This document shows, piece after piece, positions 56,784 to 64,000 of a DNA stretch of 64,000 nt. How positions within the stretch are numbered: the first letter of the stretch is position 1; every line of letters begins with the position of its first letter. The notes below the pieces were generated by a model. That model did not search any database. It was not told the origin of the DNA and saw only the letters and a list, made by a program, of their open reading frames with translations. Position numbers and translations under genes: made by a program. Origin of the DNA: Octopus vulgaris (taxonomy: Eukaryota); contig OX597824.1 in assembly GCA_951406725.2 (NCBI GenBank), forward strand, positions 94,364,001-94,428,000. The letters are read 5' to 3'.

Positions 56784-57924
56784 CTCTCCCGCTGTATCTG
56801 TCTCTACCTCTTTATTTCTCTCTCACGCCTTCTACCTCTTTTCCCATTATTTGTTTTACTTCTCTTTCTCACGTTTACATTTGCACAGACACACTCGTCC
56901 AGATACATACATATGCGCATGCATACAAAAACACAAACCGCTCATACACGCAAACCCACTCACACACTGACACACACACACACAGACACACATCATCATC
57001 ATCATCATCATCTATCTTAGCAGCTTTCTATCTACCGACCTACTTATTTATATCGTATCTATCTTCCTGTGAAATGCCAATCATTTTCAAGGAAAACTGC
57101 TTGCAACAATGAAATTACACAGTACGACCAGTTCTGTCGTTAACAAAGTAGTAGAGAGTACCACTATTTATCATTTTAAGACAATTATATAAATTTGACT
57201 GACGCAGACGACCTTTCTGCGTCCTTTCTCAAAATTAGATAACTTCATGAAATGAAGATCAAGTGGGACAATGATTATCACTCTCCCCTTCCTTCCTTCT
57301 CTGTCTTTCTCTCTCGCGCCATCTTTCTTTCTTTCCCTCTCGCCATCTTTCTTTCTCTCGTTCGTTGTCTTTGTGTTTTGTTAAACTGTTGTTCTGTTCT
57401 TAATGTTTGTCCGTTTTTGTTCTTTTTTTTTATTATGTACATTTTCTCGTTAAAGATTGTCTTAAAAGAAAATTTGAATGACTAAAGTGTGTTTATATAA
57501 TACCATGATGTCTTTTGTGTGAGTTCTTGTATTTGTGACGTACTTGCATCTGAGTCTATATTTGAGCACACGCGTGTGTGTTTGTTAGTCTGTCAAAGAG
57601 TGTGCCTGTGTCTGTATGTATTTGCGTGTATACTTGTCTGTCCGTGTGTGTATGTATTTAAGATTCTTTAAATATTTTGCAATAGGAATATTAATGATTA
57701 TCGCTTTCTTCGTTTCAAGTTCATTGTACGAATTCACTGAGTCTGAAAATGTTTTTCTTTCTCAAGTTTTATATATGTGTACGTGCGTGTACAGCTGTAT
57801 ATACAACTCTTTATACTTATATGTAATTCATAAGTGTATGTGTATACATACAATATACAGTAACCGCATAAATCTGAAACAAGGTAGGGAAAAAAAGTAC
57901 TCGAATACCAGAGGTAGAGTAATA

Positions 57925-58138
57925 TGCTTTATTATTATTATTAAAGCTACAAAAACATCACAGAAATACCACAAATAACTGGTACTTAGAGTTTCACGTT
58001 TCCGTTCGTCGGACAATTTAGATTGAGAATGGAACAAAAAATGAATAAGTTTTCAATCTAGACCGTCCGACGAACGGAAACGTGAAACTCTAAGTAGCGG
58101 TTTTTTGTGGTGTTTTACAGCTTTAATGATAATAAAGT

Positions 58139-58140
<2 letters not shown>
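57925..58140. repeat. Inverted repeat (~100-bp arms), each arm carrying a hammerhead motif
   Basis: tacttagagtttcacgtttccgttcgtcggac (57983-58014) pairs with gtccgacgaacggaaacgtgaaactctaagta (58065-58096). The arms extend to ttattattaaagct / agctttaatgataataaa. Confidence 0.9.
58062..58101 (+). ncRNA. Type I hammerhead ribozyme motif (CCGACGA variant)
   Basis: accgt-CCGACGA-acg(gaaa)cgt-GAAAC-tctaa-GTA-gcggt. An inverted copy lies at ~57978-58016. Confidence 0.65.
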
Positions 58141-58196
<56 letters not shown>

Positions 58197-58279
58197 TAAC
58201 AGAGTGACTCAAGGTCTGAGAGTTTCGTGCGTTGGCACTTCTTAATTCAGTAATTAGACTGCGACCAAGATGTAGCACC

Positions 58280-58435
58280 AGTGGAAGGAATCGACTCAAG
58301 TACTTATTTTTATTTTTTTAAACCCCTAACACTTATTCTGTCCGTCTCTGTTGCTAAACCGCTAGGTTACGGGGACATAGACACACCAACACCGGTTTCA
58401 AGCAACGGTTGGGAACAAACCAAGGACACACACAC
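58280..58435 (-). mobile_element. SINE family A, 3' part
   Basis: acttattctgtccgtctctgttgctaaaccgctaggttacggggacatagacacacc. Confidence 0.75.
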
Positions 58436-58439
58436 ATAA

Positions 58440-58502
<63 letters not shown>

Positions 58503-59109
58503 GGTAAAATTAATTAATTAATAATTAATAATTTTACCAAGTAGTTCGGTAATATACTCATATTTATAATTATAAAAAAAAAATTACATATATATATATA
58601 TCGTTGCTATTATGCAAAAGTGTCTAAGTCCGAAACGTTACTTTTTCAGAAAACGAAGAAATAGTTTCACCATTTCTTTTCTTTTTTCGCATTAGCAACA
58701 TTAATACTTTGTTGGGTGCATAAATTCCTAACTCCATGCATGTTATGATATTTTCAGTCGGAAATATTTTTGCAAAACTGTCGTATGTGGGACTTACTAC
58801 ACTTTTGAAAAAATGCTAAACCGTTCTACTACACTTTGACAATTTTCATATTTTGGCAGCTGGAGATACGATAGTTTGACCAAATATAAATTTTTGTTTT
58901 TATGTTTAGTATCATAAAAATATTTTACATTAATCTGATGGGTTACTCTATACTTTTGTAGAGTACAAATTTATCATTCTTCATTTAAACCATTGTCGGA
59001 CTTCAATCCAATGATGCCTTACCTTGCCAAAACTTCGAAGTCACTGTCAACAACATTCTTATTTAAGAATAATATGTGTGCGTGTGTGTGCCTGTGTGCA
59101 TGTGTGCGT

Positions 59110-59432
59110 GTAAAGGGTCATATAAAGATCCCTTTGGATATGAATGACCATGGGATTGCTCCTAGAAACCTCTCTTCCGAGGCACAAGTTCGGACAATGT
59201 TGTTTTATGGAAGACCAGCAGTCGCCCATCCATATCAGCCCCCACTCTCCACACCACCGATGTTGACCAAGGGAAAGGCAAAGGGGCCGATACAGCTTGG
59301 CACCAGTGACATTCGCAACTCATTTCTACAGCTGAGGGAACTGGGGCGACGTGAAATAAAGTGTTTTGCTTCAGAACACAACGCACATCCCGGCATGGGA
59401 TCGAACACCCTACCTCATAATCGTGAGCCGAC
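59110..59432 (-). mobile_element. tRNA-derived CORE-like SINE (OR-type-like)
   Basis: Minus-strand head ..cacgattatgaggtagggtgttcgatccc, then gcgttgtgttctgaagcaaaacactttatttcacg and a long body. Confidence 0.7.
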
Positions 59433-59754
59433 ATATATATGTATGTAGAAATCCTGGTGTGAATACATTAATATGGATGATGTACGCTCATCTTGGATAT
59501 ACAGGTAACAAAATGCATTCGAGGAAACCTAAAGATTCAAATGAAAATAAAATACACGTGCACATAATCACATACAAGCGCAAAAATATGCATGGGATGT
59601 GTATGAATATATCTGCAAACTTTCACGAGCCCCGTCGGCGATTTGGCATATACATGCATTCATATATACGGGTAGTCATAGATAGATAGATATATCATAT
59701 ATCTATATACATATATATTATGCTACTATGATATAATATATATATATATATAGG

Positions 59755-59799
<45 letters not shown>

Positions 59800-60056
59800 G
59801 AAGAAGAAGAAGAAGAAGAAGAAGAAGAAGAAGAAGAAGAAGAAGAAGAAGAAGAAAGTTAGAAGAAATGAAGTATTGGTTTCTCAGTTTATATACATAC
59901 ATGCATATATGTGTGTGTGTATACACACACATATATAAATATATATATATATGTCTTGGAATAATTATAAGGTTAGTCAGAAGATATGAAGAAAATATTC
60001 CTTAGTTTATATATGTATCTCTGCATATATATATATGTGTGTGTGTGGGTGTGTGG

Positions 60057-60087
<31 letters not shown>

Positions 60088-60428
60088 TGTGTGTATGTAA
60101 ACATATATATATACATGAGTGGTATATTCTCCAAAAATGCGAGGCATCTAATGCATACCTAAAATATAAAAATGAATGCAAATAAGATATGCGATGTTAA
60201 TATCATTATTCCATATTTATGAAAGTTTAAAAGAGGGTGCATACATATTTTGTTCCATGTACCCGACTTCAATTATTTATTACATTGCATACTCTTTGTG
60301 TAGATACCAGGAATCGCCAATGGATATACCTACTTACATACACGTTCATAAGGTTATACCCTTATGTGTTTGCGCGTTTGTATGCGTGCGTGTGTGTATA
60401 CATATATAAATATAATGATAGATTGATG

Positions 60429-60483
<55 letters not shown>

Positions 60484-60496
60484 GATAGATAGATCA

Positions 60497-60636
<140 letters not shown>

Positions 60637-61289
60637 ATAGACGCATATATATAAGTATACATGTTTACATATAGGTGTATAGATTTATATACATACATAT
60701 GCATATATATATATATGTATGTATGTGTATGGATGTGTCTATATATGTATGTATATATGTGACATGTATCTTTAAAAACATAAACATATTAAATGTGGTA
60801 AGGCCGACATACAAAATAGTAAAAAATACACACACATAGACAAAACAACATTATACGTCACAACATGCACAAATATACATCAAATATGATTACATTTTTA
60901 TTACATTTTCGGGTAGAAAAACATGGATGTACAAGTGTATGTACATATAAAAACACAGGGATCCATTTGAAAAAATATACATATAGATAATTATATTAAA
61001 ATAGACATTCATACCGTTATTTGAAATACTTGTACAAGCAAATAAGTGTAGTGTTGCAAACTGACTGCAACTGTACGTATTAATAATGTTGCCTATGGAA
61101 CAATGCATGCATGTATATGTTCTGTGTGAATGTTGTCGCTGTACAAAAACTTTCATATGTAAAGGTATGACAGGCTGAAAATATAACATGTCGTGTGCGT
61201 ATGTGTGCGTGTGTGTGTATTTGTTTGTGTGTGTGTTTGTGTGCGTGAGTCATTACGCATGTGCGCGTGTGAGCTTATGCATGTGCGTG

Positions 61290-61416
<127 letters not shown>

Positions 61417-61535
61417 CGTATATATATATAAATATATATAGAGAGAGAGAGACAGTGTGAGAGAGATGGGTGACATACATAGATATATGCATGGATATAT
61501 ATCGTACTTAGAAGTATACATGTATATATAGAGAC

Positions 61536-61596
<61 letters not shown>

Positions 61597-62288
61597 TACA
61601 TATATATACATATATATACATATATATATATATATACTCACATATATATATATAAACATATACATATAAATATATATGTATGTATATATGTATGTATATG
61701 GCTTCCATAACTGTATTAATGATTTTCACTGATGTAACCATGAAGAACGTGTAAATGTTTACGTGTGTTTTTATGAATATCAGAATTTCTCTATTATTAC
61801 ACATTTATAATTATACACGTGTGCGTGTGTATATCAGGTTAGCTACGGTGGATGTATCAACGTACACATCGCTGTATATTGCCCATAAGCATGAAATAGT
61901 AATTATTTTTACGCATTCTTCAATACCACTTTCTTTGTCAGCAACCTCGTGCTTAAAGTTATACACTACTTATCCCCCTTTACATCCACTCTTTAGTTTC
62001 ATATTCAGCTTTAATTCCGCTGCTCGCTAATTACTTACATAATCATACGTTATTTTATACCCTTATACCGGACTGATTCAAATTTTTGACCTTTTTTCCT
62101 TTTTGTTTACTCTAGCTAGTCCAACCCCATATTGATTGGAAACCTAACCGCGTTAGGAGGTCCTCAAGAAATTGTTTTTATTTAGTCATATTCCATATTT
62201 CTTAATATTTCTTTTAAAAATGATGTCAATTCGACTCTATCATTAATGACTCAATATTAGCCGTGCTCTTTCTCTACTTATCTGTCAA

Positions 62289-62320
<32 letters not shown>

Positions 62321-62515
62321 ATCCCCCTCTCTCTTCCTTTCTCTCTCCCATTCTCTCTCTCAATCTCTCTCTCAATCTCTCTCTCTATATATATATAAAG
62401 AGAAAGAATGGGGAGAGAGAGAGGGCGGTGTATTTATTATACATACATACATACATATATATAATATAATATAATATAATTATTACATATACATACATAT
62501 ATATATATATGTACA

Positions 62516-62562
<47 letters not shown>

Positions 62563-62565
<3 letters not shown>

Positions 62566-62710
62566 CGCAGGAATGGCTGTGTGATAAGTAACTTGCTTAC
62601 CAACCGGGTTCCGGGTTCAGTCCCACTGCGTGGTACCTTGGACAAGTGTCTTCTGCTATAGCCTCGGGCCGACCAAAGATTTTGTAGACAGAAACTGAAA
62701 GAAGTCCCTC
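62563..62710 (+). mobile_element. SINE family A, 5' half
   Basis: ggcgcaggaatggctgtgtgataag..gggttcagtcccactgcgtggtaccttggacaagtgtcttct. Confidence 0.88.
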
Positions 62711-62778
62711 GTGTGTGTGTGTGTGTCTGTGTATTATATATATATAATATTTACTACATATATATGATGGAGTAAATA

Positions 62779-62831
<53 letters not shown>

Positions 62832-62949
62832 CATATATATACATAAATATATACATATATATATACATAAATATATATATATATACATACATATATATAT
62901 ACATACACACACATACACACATATATATGTATGTATATATATATATGTG

Positions 62950-62993
<44 letters not shown>

Positions 62994-63519
62994 AATATGT
63001 AAATATATTTATATATATATGCATATATATGTTTGTATATACATAGTGTAGAACATTATATTAATTATAAGCTAGTTACTCCAAGTATCTTAATTAGTAG
63101 TTGCCTGGACATTCATCAGACATGTTTACTCGACGTGAATTTTTCTGTGTTTACGCAATAGGAAAATTCGAAAACATCTTCCGTTGCCACGTTATGAGAA
63201 AAGATTATTAGATGGGATGCAAATCTTCAGAGATAAAAAGGAAAAAGAGAAAAGAAGAGTCGTTTCTCCTTTAAAAGTTACTGTGATAAGTGAATGAAAA
63301 TAACAATGAAAAGAAACGGACGGAAATAAGAAGAAAAGATGGTGGACAAAAAAGGTAATGGCGAACAACGAAGATAAGAAAGCTAGACTTGAGGAGAATG
63401 GAGGGCGAGAGGGAAAGGGGAGTTAATAAAGAGAAGACATGTATTGCTTTTAGAGGTAAGATACAGTGAGTTAATAAAAGTTAACTTAGGAAGAGACATG
63501 GATATATATTAGAAAGATG

Positions 63520-63585
<66 letters not shown>

Positions 63586-63658
63586 CAGACAGATAGATAG
63601 ATAGATAAGGAGATTGATAGATAGGCGTACGCGTGCATACAGACACATACATACTACG

Positions 63659-63745
<87 letters not shown>

Positions 63746-63819
63746 ATTGATTGATTGATTGATTGATTGATTGATATATACATATATATGTATATATTGC
63801 ACCATGTGCATATACATAG

Positions 63820-63985
63820 GCGAAGGCAAGGCTGTATGTTCGATGCTCGCTTTACAATCACGTGGTTTGCAGTTCAGTCTTACTACACGGCGCATTGAGC
63901 AACTGTCTTCTACAGCCCGGAGCCGACTAATGTTTTGTGATTGAATTTGGTCGGTGGAAACCGTGTGGAAGCCCGCCGAATGTGT
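63820..63985 (+). mobile_element. SINE family A, diverged 5' half
   Basis: cagttcagtcttactacacggcgcattgagcaactgtcttctac..gaatttggtcggtggaaaccgtgtggaagcccg. Confidence 0.7.
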
Positions 63986-64000
63986 GTGCGCAAGTCTTTG

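Noticed and set aside
58590-58990. Possible DNA-transposon end
   Set aside because: No matching second TIR or TSD found in the window.
63070-63125. Minus-strand ctgatga followed by a tccagg/cttgga stem
   Set aside because: GAAA is replaced by GTAA and there is no stem I or III. Not supportable.

Overview
This is eukaryotic, very AT-rich, microsatellite-saturated non-coding DNA. The SINE families and repeat texture point to a coleoid cephalopod, most likely Octopus (inference). No host protein-coding gene could be identified with confidence, and nearly all ORF-track entries are translations of (TA)n, (CA)n, (GATA)n and (AAT)n repeats. The non-simple sequence is a graveyard of mobile elements. 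It holds many copies of at least three tRNA-derived SINE families, five fragments of restriction-like-endonuclease (RLE, R4/Dong-type) LINEs mostly embedded in (AAT)n arrays, L1/Tx1-type ORF1 and ORF2 fragments, tandem CR1-like 3' ends, three mariner relics and degenerate Penelope-like (PLE) fragments. The most notable observations are: (1) a ~600-bp fold-back element with a tRNA-like Pol III head, an (AAT)n spacer and a minimal hammerhead ribozyme, i.e. a candidate retrozyme or Penelope-dependent SINE; (2) further unrelated hammerhead motifs; (3) a SINE whose 3' tail matches the 3' end of a Tx1-type LINE in the same window; (4) repeated same-strand insertion of several distinct RLE-LINE families into (AAT)n. 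All calls were made by eye; coordinates are approximate to a few tens of bases unless a motif is quoted.
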